A stretch of DNA of 64,000 nucleotides, taken from assembly GCA_039586815.1 (NCBI GenBank), contig JBDHJR010000022.1, forward strand, positions 785-64,784, in the 5' to 3' direction. The position numbers and the translations under genes are program-made. Shown here one piece after another: positions 18,283 through 28,558 of this stretch; position 1 is the first letter of the stretch; every line of letters starts with the position of its first letter. The DNA comes from Gemmatimonadota bacterium (GTDB taxonomy: Bacteria > Gemmatimonadota > Gemmatimonadetes > Gemmatimonadales > GWC2-71-9). The notes beneath the pieces are model-generated. The model searched no databases. It worked only from the letters and a program-made list of their open reading frames with translations, and had not been told where the DNA came from.

Positions 18283-18347
18283 GGGGAAGGGGGAACGGTA
18301 CGACAGTTCCGCGCCACCGTTCCCAGTTCCCCGTTCCCTGTTCCCCC
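18283..18347. repeat. G-tract arm / C-tract arm palindromic repeat (copy B, ychF-rpsF intergenic)
   Basis: ggggaagggggaacggt ... accgttcccagttccccgttccctgttccccc. Same GGGAA-periodic motif as copies A and C. Confidence 0.7.
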
Positions 18348-18357
18348 GAGATTCGGT

Positions 18358-19461
18358 CTAGACATTGAATCGGAACAAAAGCACATCCCCATCCCGCACC
18401 ACGTAGTCCTTGCCCTCGCTGCGGATCGTGCCGTGCTCCCGGGCCACCCTGTACGAGCCCGCCGCGACGAAGTCCTCCACCTGAATCGCCTCGCAGCGGA
18501 TGAAGCCCTGCTGGAAGTCGGTGTGAATCTGGCCGGCCGCCTCGTAGGCGGTCGCCCCGGCCGGCAGGGTCCAGGCACGGACCTCCTTGTCACCCACGAC
18601 CGTGAAGAACGTTTCCAGGTCGAGCAGCCGGTAGCACGCGTGGATCAGCCGGTCCAGCCCCGGCTCCTCTACCCCTGCACTCGCCAGGAACTCCGTGCGC
18701 TCGTCTCCGTCGAGCTCGGCCAGCTCAGCCTCGAACTTGGCGGAGAAGGCGACCACCTCGGCGCTCTCGTGGTGCTCCCTGGCGGTGGCCGCGAGCATCT
18801 CGACCGCCGCCGCGCGCCCCGCGCCCAGGTCGGCCTCGCTCACGTTGGCCGCGTAGAGTACGGGCTTGAGGGTGAGCAGGCCGAGCTGCTCCAGGGTGCG
18901 TCGCTGCTGCTCGGTGGTTACGGCGTCGCGGGCTCCGCGCCCGGCGTCCAGCTCCGCGATCACCCGCTCCAGCAGCTCGACCTCGGCCTGTGCCTCCTTG
19001 TCGCCCGATCGGGCTAGCTTCTGCGCCCGCTCGCGCTGATGCTGCGCCACGGCGAGATCGGCCAGTGCGAGCTCCGTCGTGACGATATCGTGGTCCCGCA
19101 CCGGGTCCACGTCGCCCGTCACGTGGGTGACGTCGGGGTCCTCGAAGCAGCGCACCACGTGCACTACCGCGTGCACGTTGCGGATGTGGGAGAGGAACTG
19201 GTTCCCCAGGCCCTCGCCCTTGCTGGCTCCCTCGACCAGGCCCGCGATGTCGAAGAACTCCACAGCCGCGTGCACGATGCTCTGCTGGCCCACGGTCGCC
19301 GCCAGTTGTTCGAGCCGCTCGTCGGGGATGGGAACCACCCCCACGTTCGGGTCCACGGTGCAGAACGGGTAGTTGGAGGCTGCTGCGCCGGCGTTGGTCA
19401 GGGCGTTGAACAGCGTGGACTTGCCGACGTTGGGAAGGCCGATGATGCCGAGGCGGAGCAT
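18358..19461 (-). CDS. ychF: redox-regulated ATPase YchF
   Basis: MLRLGIIGLPNVGKSTLFNALT; C-terminal TGS-like RSEGKDYVVRDGDVLLFRFNV. Confidence 0.95.
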   Translation of the reverse strand: MLRLGIIGLPNVGKSTLFNALTNAGAAASNYPFCTVDPNVGVVPIPDERLEQLAATVGQQSIVHAAVEFFDIAGLVEGASKGEGLGNQFLSHIRNVHAVVHVVRCFEDPDVTHVTGDVDPVRDHDIVTTELALADLAVAQHQRERAQKLARSGDKEAQAEVELLERVIAELDAGRGARDAVTTEQQRRTLEQLGLLTLKPVLYAANVSEADLGAGRAAAVEMLAATAREHHESAEVVAFSAKFEAELAELDGDERTEFLASAGVEEPGLDRLIHACYRLLDLETFFTVVGDKEVRAWTLPAGATAYEAAGQIHTDFQQGFIRCEAIQVEDFVAAGSYRVAREHGTIRSEGKDYVVRDGDVLLFRFNV

Positions 19462-19472
19462 GGATCTACAGT

Positions 19473-19537
19473 GAAGCGGGAAGGGAGAAGGGGGAAGGGG
19501 GTGTGTCGTACCCTTCTCCCTTCCCCCTTCCCGCTTC
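19473..19537. repeat. G-tract arm / C-tract arm palindromic repeat (copy C, hppA-ychF intergenic)
   Basis: gaagcgggaagggagaagggggaagggg - gtgtgtcgta - cccttctcccttcccccttcccgcttc. About 27-bp imperfect hairpin that ends 12 nt upstream of the ychF ATG. Confidence 0.75.
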
Positions 19538-19563
19538 CCGAGGGGTGGTGTGGCGGGCTGCGC

Positions 19564-21613
<2,050 letters not shown>

Positions 21614-21621
<8 letters not shown>

Positions 21622-22198
21622 CTTCGGTTCCTCGTCGGTTGAATCGATTCATGGCGGTGTCGATGCCCTCGAGCAGCCAGCACTCCACCGCGTCCACGAG
21701 CGGCGGCAGCAGATCCGCCAGCGTCGTCATCTCGCCAGGCTCGAAGTTCGAGGTCACGAACTCCGCCTGGTCGTCCACGTCCTCCGGCAGCGGGCCGATC
21801 CCGATGCGCAGCCGCGCGTACTCCTCGGACCCGATCGCCGCCTCCACACTCTCCAGGCCGTTGTGGCCGCCGGCCGATCCGCGGGCCCGCAGCCGGAAGG
21901 TCCCCAGGGGCAGCGCGATGTCGTCGACCAGCACCAGCAATTCGGTGGAGGGATCCAGGTCCTGGGCCGAGAGCAGCTGGGCCACGGCCTCGCCGCTCAG
22001 GTTCATGTATGTCTGCGGCTTGAATAGCACGAACCGCTGCCGGCGGTACTTGCCCTCGGCGGCCAGGGCACTGCCCCGGCGCCGGAGCTTGGGGAGTCGC
22101 CACTGCTCCGCCAGCACGTCCGCCAGCAAGAAGCCGGCGTTGTGCCGGGTAACCGCGTACTTCGGACCGGGATTGCCCAGCGCGACGATGGCGCGCAG
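21614..22198 (-). CDS. pth: peptidyl-tRNA hydrolase (non-canonical CTG start inferred)
   Basis: Minus-strand reading after the in-frame TAA at 22202-22204 is [24 protein letters not shown]. The conserved GNPG and catalytic His lie upstream of the TTG used by the ORF track (22129). Confidence 0.85.
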
Positions 22199-22201
22199 TG
22201 G

Positions 22202-22897
22202 TTACTCCTGGGGCGTTCCGCCCTCGGGTGCGCCCTCCTCCGCCTCTTCCCCTTCGGCCTTGGGCTTGCGAATCAGCTCGGGCTCGGCGCCCTCCTCCTC
22301 CTCCTCCACGACCTCCGGTACCGCGACCTCCTCCACGCGTGGCGGGACCACCGTGCAGATGGTCTGGCTCCCGTCCACCAGGATCTCGGCGTTCTCCACG
22401 GAGATGTCCGACACGTGCAGCGAGTCGCCGATCTCCAGCGCATTCACGTCGACCTCGATCTGCTCGGGGATGTGCCGCGGAAGCACGTCGATGGCGATCT
22501 CGCGCAGGAACTGCTCCAGCACGCCGCCGGCGTTGCGCACGCCTTCGGGCGAGCCCACCATGGCCAGGGGCACGTCGACCGTGATCTTCTCGCCGGCGCG
22601 GATCTCGAGGAAATCCACGTGCGTGATCGTCTTTCTAGTGGGATGCCGCTGGATCTCACGAATCAGGGCCCGCAGGGGCGTGCCGTCTACCGAGAGCTCC
22701 ACTACGGTGGAGCCCGAGCTGCCCTGCAGCACCTTCTCCAGATCGGCGCGGTTCAGCGTGAGGGACTGCGTCTCACGACCGGAACCGTACACGACCGCCG
22801 GGACCATCCCGGCCTGGCGGAGTTTGCGGGCCGCGCCCTTGCCGCTGGTACTGCGGCGCTCTGCGGTGACTGTGACCGTCTGTGCCATCTGTGCCAT
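22202..22897 (-). CDS. rplY: 50S ribosomal protein L25 / general stress protein Ctc
   Basis: GKGAARKLRQAGMVPAVVYG...THVDFLEI, acidic Glu-rich C-terminal tail. Confidence 0.9.
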   Translation of the reverse strand: MAQMAQTVTVTAERRSTSGKGAARKLRQAGMVPAVVYGSGRETQSLTLNRADLEKVLQGSSGSTVVELSVDGTPLRALIREIQRHPTRKTITHVDFLEIRAGEKITVDVPLAMVGSPEGVRNAGGVLEQFLREIAIDVLPRHIPEQIEVDVNALEIGDSLHVSDISVENAEILVDGSQTICTVVPPRVEEVAVPEVVEEEEEGAEPELIRKPKAEGEEAEEGAPEGGTPQE

Positions 22898-22929
22898 GCT
22901 GTCTCGTTGCTACCCTTCTCGAGCTGTGA

Positions 22930-23883
22930 TCAGTCGAACAGCGAGCTGACCGACTGGTCGCTGTGTGTGAACCGGATCGCCTGCGCCAACAGCGGCGCGA
23001 TCGACAGCACCGTCAGCTTGTCGAAGCGGCGCTCCTCCGGTATCTGAATCGTGTTCGTCACCGCCACCTCGGTCACTTCCGAGGAGGACAGGCGGTCCAC
23101 CGCCGGGCCCGACAGCAGGGCGTGGGAGGCGCAGGCGTATACGTTTCGCGCTCCCAGGCGCCGGAGCGCCATGATACCCTCCGTCATCGTACCTGCAGTG
23201 TCGATCATGTCGTCCACCAGCAGGCAGTCGCGGCCGTCCACATCGCCCACCACGTTCACGACCTCGGCGATGTTCGCCGACGGGCGCCGCTTGTCGATGA
23301 TGGCCAGCGAGGCGTCCAACCGCTTCGCGAACCCCCGCGCCATCTTCGCCGCGCCCACGTCGGGCGCCACCACCACCGGGTCGTGCATTTGCTTCTGCCG
23401 GTAGTGCTGCACCAGCACCGGCGCCCCGTACAGGTGGTCCACCGGGATGTCGAAGAACCCCTGCAGCTGGTGCTGGTGGAAGTCCAGTCCCAACACCCGC
23501 TCCGCGCCGGCCGTGGCGATCACGTTCGCCATCAGCTTCGCGCTGATGGCCACGCGCGGCTGGTCCTTGCGGTCCTGCCGGGCGTACCCGAAGTACGGGA
23601 TCACCGCCGTCACCCGGGCAGCGCTCGCCCGCCGGGCCGCGTCGATCAGGATCAACAACTCGAGCAGGTTCTCGGCCGGCGCATTGGTGGGCTGGACGAT
23701 GAACACGTCCTGCCCCCGCACGTTCTCGTCGATCTTGACGAAGATCTCGCCGTCCGCGAACCGCCGGATCGTCACGCGACATAGCGGCTCGTTCAGCTGC
23801 ACCGCTATCTCCTCGGCCAGGGGGCGGTTCGCCGTCCCGGCCATCAGTAGCATTTTGCTGCCCGAAAGGGAGATATCGGCCAT
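22930..23883 (-). CDS. prs: ribose-phosphate pyrophosphokinase
   Basis: DLHQHQLQGFFDIPVDHL, VVVAPDVGAAKMARGFA, CLLVDDMIDTAGTM. Confidence 0.95.
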   Translation of the reverse strand: MADISLSGSKMLLMAGTANRPLAEEIAVQLNEPLCRVTIRRFADGEIFVKIDENVRGQDVFIVQPTNAPAENLLELLILIDAARRASAARVTAVIPYFGYARQDRKDQPRVAISAKLMANVIATAGAERVLGLDFHQHQLQGFFDIPVDHLYGAPVLVQHYRQKQMHDPVVVAPDVGAAKMARGFAKRLDASLAIIDKRRPSANIAEVVNVVGDVDGRDCLLVDDMIDTAGTMTEGIMALRRLGARNVYACASHALLSGPAVDRLSSSEVTEVAVTNTIQIPEERRFDKLTVLSIAPLLAQAIRFTHSDQSVSSLFD

Positions 23884-23949
23884 AAGAGCCTCAAAAACTA
23901 GCTAGTTGCAGAACGGAAGCCAACCCGGAGGAGGGGCCCCGGGGGGTCG

Positions 23950-24231
23950 CTAGCTGGTGGTGAGGTCCTGGTACTGCGGGTGGCGCTCCAGGAAGCCCTG
24001 CACGTAGGAGCAGGTGGGAATCACCGCCAGGCCCTGCTCGCGAGCGATGTCCAGGGCCCGCGACACGAGCTTGCCGGCTATACCCCGACCCCGCAGCTCG
24101 TCCGGAACGTAGGTGTGGTGGAAGTTGAGGGTCCTGTCGTCCGCCGGCCGGTATTTTACGTAGGCCTCGTGTCCGTCTATCTCGGCCACGAACCTCCGTC
24201 CGGCCTCGTCGTGCCGTACCTCCAGGCTCAT
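23950..24231 (-). CDS. small GNAT-fold N-acetyltransferase-like protein (YjdJ type)
   Basis: ATG at 24231 overlaps the upstream stop (ATGA). MSLEVRHDEAGRRFVAEIDGHEAYVKY...RGRGIAGKLV...IPTCSYV..FLERHPQY. Confidence 0.75.
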   Translation of the reverse strand: MSLEVRHDEAGRRFVAEIDGHEAYVKYRPADDRTLNFHHTYVPDELRGRGIAGKLVSRALDIAREQGLAVIPTCSYVQGFLERHPQYQDLTTS

Positions 24232-24626
24232 CACTTGGAGTCCTTTTCGTCGGCCTCGGCTTCCCCGTCCCACGCCTGGTGGAACCAGGACGTTCTGGGG
24301 TCGACTTCCTGGATGCGCACTTCGCTACTGCGGTTGATCAGTTCGGCCGGGGCCACCCAAAGGTGCGCGTTCCACAGCATGCCCTCGAGCTCGAACGGCT
24401 TGAGGTCTTCATCCGCCAGATCCAGCTTCACCTCGAGCAGCGCGTCGCCCTCGATCCCCTCCTCGTGCCCCAGCGGGCGGTCGGCGAGCCATACGCCGGG
24501 GACGACCGCGTCCTCACCGGTCTGGACGTCCTTCAGTCCGAAGTCCCAGTCGATGTTCTCGAACCCGGATTGCATGATCCTCCGGGCCTCGCCGATCGTC
24601 GTGCGGTGGTACAGGACCAAGGTCAT
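24231..24626 (-). CDS. hypothetical small acidic protein
   Basis: MTLVLYHRTTIGEARRIMQSGF...GVWLADRP... No family recognised. The start is chosen at the internal ATG; the track ORF extends to 24692. Confidence 0.45.
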   Translation of the reverse strand: MTLVLYHRTTIGEARRIMQSGFENIDWDFGLKDVQTGEDAVVPGVWLADRPLGHEEGIEGDALLEVKLDLADEDLKPFELEGMLWNAHLWVAPAELINRSSEVRIQEVDPRTSWFHQAWDGEAEADEKDSK

Positions 24627-24784
24627 TCCGTCATCGCCTTCCCGAGTGTCTTTGTAAAGATGGGCACCTGTCCCGCTCCAGGGCAGCCCCATCGCTGCCA
24701 GTTCGGCCAGGTGCCCTGTGGGGCACCCTGGCGGCTCCGTCAGCGGGGCCCGATTATTAGGCTGTGCCGCATCAGGGAGGGGCT

Positions 24785-25045
24785 ATGGCCGAGCAGCTCG
24801 TCGGAACGGTAACACACTTCTTCAAAGGGCCAAGTGTGGCCGTGGTGAAGATCACCGAGGGTGAGATCGCGGTGGGCGACGAAGTCCACTTCGTGGGCCA
24901 CACCACCGATTTCACCGAGCGTGTGACCTCTATGGAGGTGGAGCACAAGAAGGTCGAGACCGCGAAGGTGGGGGACGAGATCGCGATCCAGGTGGTGGAG
25001 CGCGCCCGGCCGCACGACCAGGTTTACAGGGTCACTCCGGAGTAG
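24785..25045 (+). CDS. EF-Tu domain-2-like small beta-barrel protein
   Basis: ATG at 24785 preceded by AGGGAGGGG. VGTVTHFFKGPSVAVVKITEGEIAVGDEVHFVG...VGDEIAIQV. Confidence 0.6.
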   Translation: MAEQLVGTVTHFFKGPSVAVVKITEGEIAVGDEVHFVGHTTDFTERVTSMEVEHKKVETAKVGDEIAIQVVERARPHDQVYRVTPE

Positions 25046-25055
25046 CCCACCGCAC

Positions 25056-25090
25056 GGCTGCTGCAACCGCGCTCAGCAGCCCTCCGTTTC
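25056..25090 (+). terminator. hairpin terminator candidate
   Basis: ggctgctg-caaccgcgct-cagcagcc followed by tccgtttcc. Confidence 0.35.
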
Positions 25091-25151
25091 CCAAGTACTA
25101 GAGACCCGGCAGCCCCGCCCGGGGCCGCCGGCCTACCCAGGAGGAGGGATC

Positions 25152-25622
25152 GTGCAGAGAACGCTTCCACTGGCTGTGGCATGCGCCCTGGCGATCGCCG
25201 GGGTCGCGCGGGCACAGACCGCGGCGGATTCGGCGGGCATCCGCGCGGCGGCGCTGGACTACATCGAGGGCTGGTACGAGGGAAGCACCGAGCGCATGGA
25301 GCGAGCCGTGCATCCCGAGCTGGCCAAGCGGATCGTGATGGTGACTCCGCAGGCCGGCGGGAGCACCCTGCGCAGCATGACTGCCGCAGACCTGGTGGGG
25401 GCGACGGGGGCGGGGTACGGCACTCAGACGCCGGCCGACCAGCGGCGCACCGACGTGCGCATTCTCGACATCTACGAGAACGTGGCCAGCGTGCGAGTGG
25501 ACGCGCACGACTGGATCGACTATCTGCACATCGCCCGGTGGAACGACGGCTGGGTGATCGTGAACGTGCTGTGGGAGCTCACCCCGGAGGCGAAGCAGCG
25601 GATGGCTGCCGGGGGTGGCTGA
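25152..25622 (+). CDS. secreted NTF2-fold (SnoaL / putative lumazine-binding-like) protein
   Basis: GTG start after GGAGGAGGG. Signal peptide LAVACALAIAGVARAQ. ALDYIEGWYEG...WIDYLHIARWNDGWVIVNVLW. Confidence 0.6.
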   Translation: MQRTLPLAVACALAIAGVARAQTAADSAGIRAAALDYIEGWYEGSTERMERAVHPELAKRIVMVTPQAGGSTLRSMTAADLVGATGAGYGTQTPADQRRTDVRILDIYENVASVRVDAHDWIDYLHIARWNDGWVIVNVLWELTPEAKQRMAAGGG

Positions 25623-25632
25623 GCGGGGGCGG

Positions 25633-26631
25633 ATGACGAAGCCGCAGGGAACATTGCTCCTGAACCGGAGCGACATCACATCACTGCTGGATCTGCAGGA
25701 CTACCTCCGGGTCGTCGAGGACGCGTTTCGGCTGCACGCCGAAGGACGGACACTCGAGACCGGCCTGCTCCATGTGGACGCCGTGGACGGCGAGTTCCAC
25801 GTCAAGGCGGGGGGCTTGAAGGGTGAGCGCACCTACTTCGCGCTCAAGGTGAACGGCGGGTTCTTCCAGAACCGGGCTCGGTTCGATCTGCCCAACATCC
25901 AGGGCACCATCATCCTGTGCGACGGGGAGAGCGGCTACCCCCTGGCGCTCATGGACTCCACGGCGATCACGCTGGGGCGCACCGGAGCGACCACGGGACT
26001 CGCTGCACGACTCATGGCGCGGCAGGGTTCCTCGGTCACGGCGGTGTGCGGCTGCGGGAATCAGGGCCGCATACAGCTCCGGGCGGTGGCTCACGTCCTG
26101 CCCATCCGTGAGGTCTACGCGTGGGACGAGGATCAGGACGCGGCGCAGGAGTTCGCGGCCGAGATGGCCGGTGAGCTCTCGCTCGAAGTGCGGGCGGTAG
26201 CGATGCCCGGTCAGGCGACCCGCCGTGGCGACGTGTGTATTACCTGCACGCCGGCTCACGCCCCGTTCGTTAGTGCCGGGATGCTGGCACCGGGCGCCTT
26301 CGTGGCCGCCGTGGGAGCCGACAGCCCGGAGAAGCACGAGGTGGAGCCCGAGCTCCTCGCCTCCGCCACGGTGGTGGTGGACCTGCTGGAGCAGTGTGCG
26401 GCGGTGGGCGATCTGCACCACGCCCTGGAGCGCGATCTCATGGCGCGGGATGACGTCTATGCCGAGCTGGGTGAGATCGTGGCGGGCCGCAAGCCCGGCC
26501 GCCGCTCCGCTGAGGAGATCGTCGTGTTCGACGCCACCGGCACGGGGCTGCAGGACGCAGCCGGTGCCGCGGCGGCGTACGAGAAGGCCCAGGCGAGAGG
26601 GGTGGGGAGCTACTTCGACTTCTTTGCCTGA
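25633..26631 (+). CDS. ornithine cyclodeaminase / mu-crystallin family protein
   Basis: FHVKAGGL...FALKVNGGF, Rossmann motif VCGCGNQGRIQLRAV, C-terminus IVVFDATGTGLQD. Confidence 0.85.
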   Translation: MTKPQGTLLLNRSDITSLLDLQDYLRVVEDAFRLHAEGRTLETGLLHVDAVDGEFHVKAGGLKGERTYFALKVNGGFFQNRARFDLPNIQGTIILCDGESGYPLALMDSTAITLGRTGATTGLAARLMARQGSSVTAVCGCGNQGRIQLRAVAHVLPIREVYAWDEDQDAAQEFAAEMAGELSLEVRAVAMPGQATRRGDVCITCTPAHAPFVSAGMLAPGAFVAAVGADSPEKHEVEPELLASATVVVDLLEQCAAVGDLHHALERDLMARDDVYAELGEIVAGRKPGRRSAEEIVVFDATGTGLQDAAGAAAAYEKAQARGVGSYFDFFA

Positions 26632-26635
26632 GGGA

Positions 26636-28558
26636 CTACTCCAACTGGGCCAGGCGCTCGCCCAACTCGCGGGCCGAGGAAAGCCGTTGTTCCGGCTGCT
26701 TGGCCAGGAGCTGCAGGATCAACCCAGACAGCGCCGGTGGGATGTCGCCGTTGACTTCGTGCGGCGCCGTCGGCTCCTCGCTCAGCATCATTGCCACGAG
26801 CGACATCGGTGACTTGGCCGCGAACGGCAGGCTTCCCGTGAGGCATTCGTAGAGCACCACGCCCACGGCGTAGAGATCGCTGCGCTCGTCCAGCGCCGAC
26901 TCGGCGAGCAGCTGCTCCGGCGACATGTACGCCGGCGTGCCTACCGACAGCCCCGTCTCGGTGATCCCCATCGTCGCCTCGCTCAGGCGGGCGATCCCGA
27001 AGTCCATCACCTTCAACACCCCGTCGGCGTCGAGCAGCAGATTCTGCGGCTTCACGTCGCGGTGGATGACTCCGACGCCGTGCGCCACCTCCAATGCCTG
27101 GGCGAGCTGGGAGGCGATCGCGAGCGCGGCCGGCACACCCAGCCGGCCGCGGCTGTCGATCAGGTGCCGCACCGTCATGCCCTCCACGTACTCCATAGTG
27201 AGGTAGTACACTCCCGACCACTCGCCGAAGTCGTGGGTGCGCACCACGTTGCGGTGGGTGATGCGGCGGGCCAACCGAATTTCCGTCTTGAAGCGCTCGA
27301 TCAGCGTCGGGTCCACGACCAGCTCGGGGCGCAGCGTCTTGATGGCGATCTCCTCGTCCAGCTCCAGGTCGCGAGCCCGGTACACTGCCCCCATCGCCCC
27401 CTGCCCGAGCGGGGTCGTGATCTGGTAGCGGTCGGCGAAGCGCTCACTGGTGGGGAGGTTGGCGTGGTCGAGCTGGCTCCCGGCCGATGACGCCCCGTCG
27501 CTTGCCGACTCGATCTCGCGGCGCAGGTCCTCTACCTGGCCCCGCAGGCGGTCCTCGCGGGCCCGTACTTCGGTGGCCATGCGGTCGAACACGCGGGCCA
27601 GGCGGCCCAGTTCGTCGTTGCGCCCCGTGGTTTCGGCCAGGTTGCCGGAGCTGTACGAGCCGGCCTCCACCGCCGACGCGGCGTCGATCACCGAGCGCAC
27701 CTGCTCCAGGTACTCCATCTCGCGGTCGCGCAGCCGCTTCTTGTCGAGCGAGGCCGTGATGCGAGCCCGCAGCAGTACCGGGTCGAAGGGCTTGGGCAGG
27801 TAGTCTTCGGCTCCGTGCTCGATGCAGCGCACCACGCTCGATAGGTCGTCCAGCGCCGAGATCATGATCACGGGAAGGTGGCGCGTCTCGGGCGATTGCT
27901 TGAGGCGCTCCAACACCTCGTAACCATCCATTTCGGGCATCATGACGTCGAGCAGGACCAGGTCGAACGACCCACCGCTGACCATCTCCAGCGCAACCCT
28001 GCCGTTCTCCGCGGACTCCACTGCGTGACCCTGCCGCCTGAGGCGGCGCTCCAGCAGCACACGGTTGTCCTCCACGTCATCCACGACGAGGATGCGCGCC
28101 TGGTCGTCCGCGGGGACCGCGGCATCATCCTCCTCCGCTGCGGCGGCTGCGGCGGGTGCGTCCGCGGCGCCCTGCGCCACGAGCTTGTCCGCCGCGCTCA
28201 GTATGCGGCGCAGGTCGGAGGTGAATTCCTCGTCCTTGCCGCCGGCCTGCAGCAGCGGGCTGAGCGCGCGTACGATGCGCTGCTGCGGCTCGGCCAGGGA
28301 CGTGTAGAGTGCCGCGACGTCGGCGCGGCTGACGGAGACGCCGCCCGAGCTGAGCGTGCCGTTGATGAGCGTGAGCACGTCGCGTGCGGCAACCAGCGTC
28401 TGCTCGAGCGCTGCCTTGCCGTCCTGATCGCCGTCGGGCGCATCCTCGAGCAGCATCTCGGCGTAACCCACGATGTGATTGACCGGTGTACGCAGCTCGT
28501 GCCGCAGCTCGGACAGCGCCTGCGGCGTGAGCGTGCCGCTCCCGCTTGGCTGGCTCAC
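26636..28558 (-). CDS. HisKA(DHp)-only domain + receiver + Hanks-type Ser/Thr protein kinase
   Basis: GTG at 28558 overlaps the upstream stop (GTGA). H-box LSELRHELRTPVNHIVGYAEML with no N/G1/F/G2 boxes after it. REC: ILVVDDVEDNR...DLVLLDVMMPEMDG...YLPKP. Kinase: GQGAMGAVY, AIKTL, HRDVKPQN, DFGIA, GTPAYMSPE. Confidence 0.85.
   Translation of the reverse strand: MSQPSGSGTLTPQALSELRHELRTPVNHIVGYAEMLLEDAPDGDQDGKAALEQTLVAARDVLTLINGTLSSGGVSVSRADVAALYTSLAEPQQRIVRALSPLLQAGGKDEEFTSDLRRILSAADKLVAQGAADAPAAAAAAEEDDAAVPADDQARILVVDDVEDNRVLLERRLRRQGHAVESAENGRVALEMVSGGSFDLVLLDVMMPEMDGYEVLERLKQSPETRHLPVIMISALDDLSSVVRCIEHGAEDYLPKPFDPVLLRARITASLDKKRLRDREMEYLEQVRSVIDAASAVEAGSYSSGNLAETTGRNDELGRLARVFDRMATEVRAREDRLRGQVEDLRREIESASDGASSAGSQLDHANLPTSERFADRYQITTPLGQGAMGAVYRARDLELDEEIAIKTLRPELVVDPTLIERFKTEIRLARRITHRNVVRTHDFGEWSGVYYLTMEYVEGMTVRHLIDSRGRLGVPAALAIASQLAQALEVAHGVGVIHRDVKPQNLLLDADGVLKVMDFGIARLSEATMGITETGLSVGTPAYMSPEQLLAESALDERSDLYAVGVVLYECLTGSLPFAAKSPMSLVAMMLSEEPTAPHEVNGDIPPALSGLILQLLAKQPEQRLSSARELGERLAQLE

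Noticed and set aside
13853-19537. Could the GGGAA-type repeats be a CRISPR array or tandem satellite?
   Set aside because: There are only three copies, each an internal palindrome. They are separated by 4.4 kb and 1.1 kb of genes and lack regular repeat-spacer periodicity. No cas genes are present.
23884-23949. AT-rich palindrome aactagctagtt followed by tttgagg upstream of prs, as terminator or promoter
   Set aside because: The stem is only 6 bp of weak pairs, so there is no convincing terminator. It may simply contain the prs RBS and promoter, and it cannot be supported from sequence alone.
23950-24231. GNAT as a TacT/KacT-type toxin of a toxin-antitoxin pair
   Set aside because: At 93 aa it is the YjdJ mini-GNAT type, far shorter than the ~160-175-aa GNAT toxins. 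There is no RHH/DUF1778 antitoxin upstream, and the partner is larger than the GNAT and acidic.
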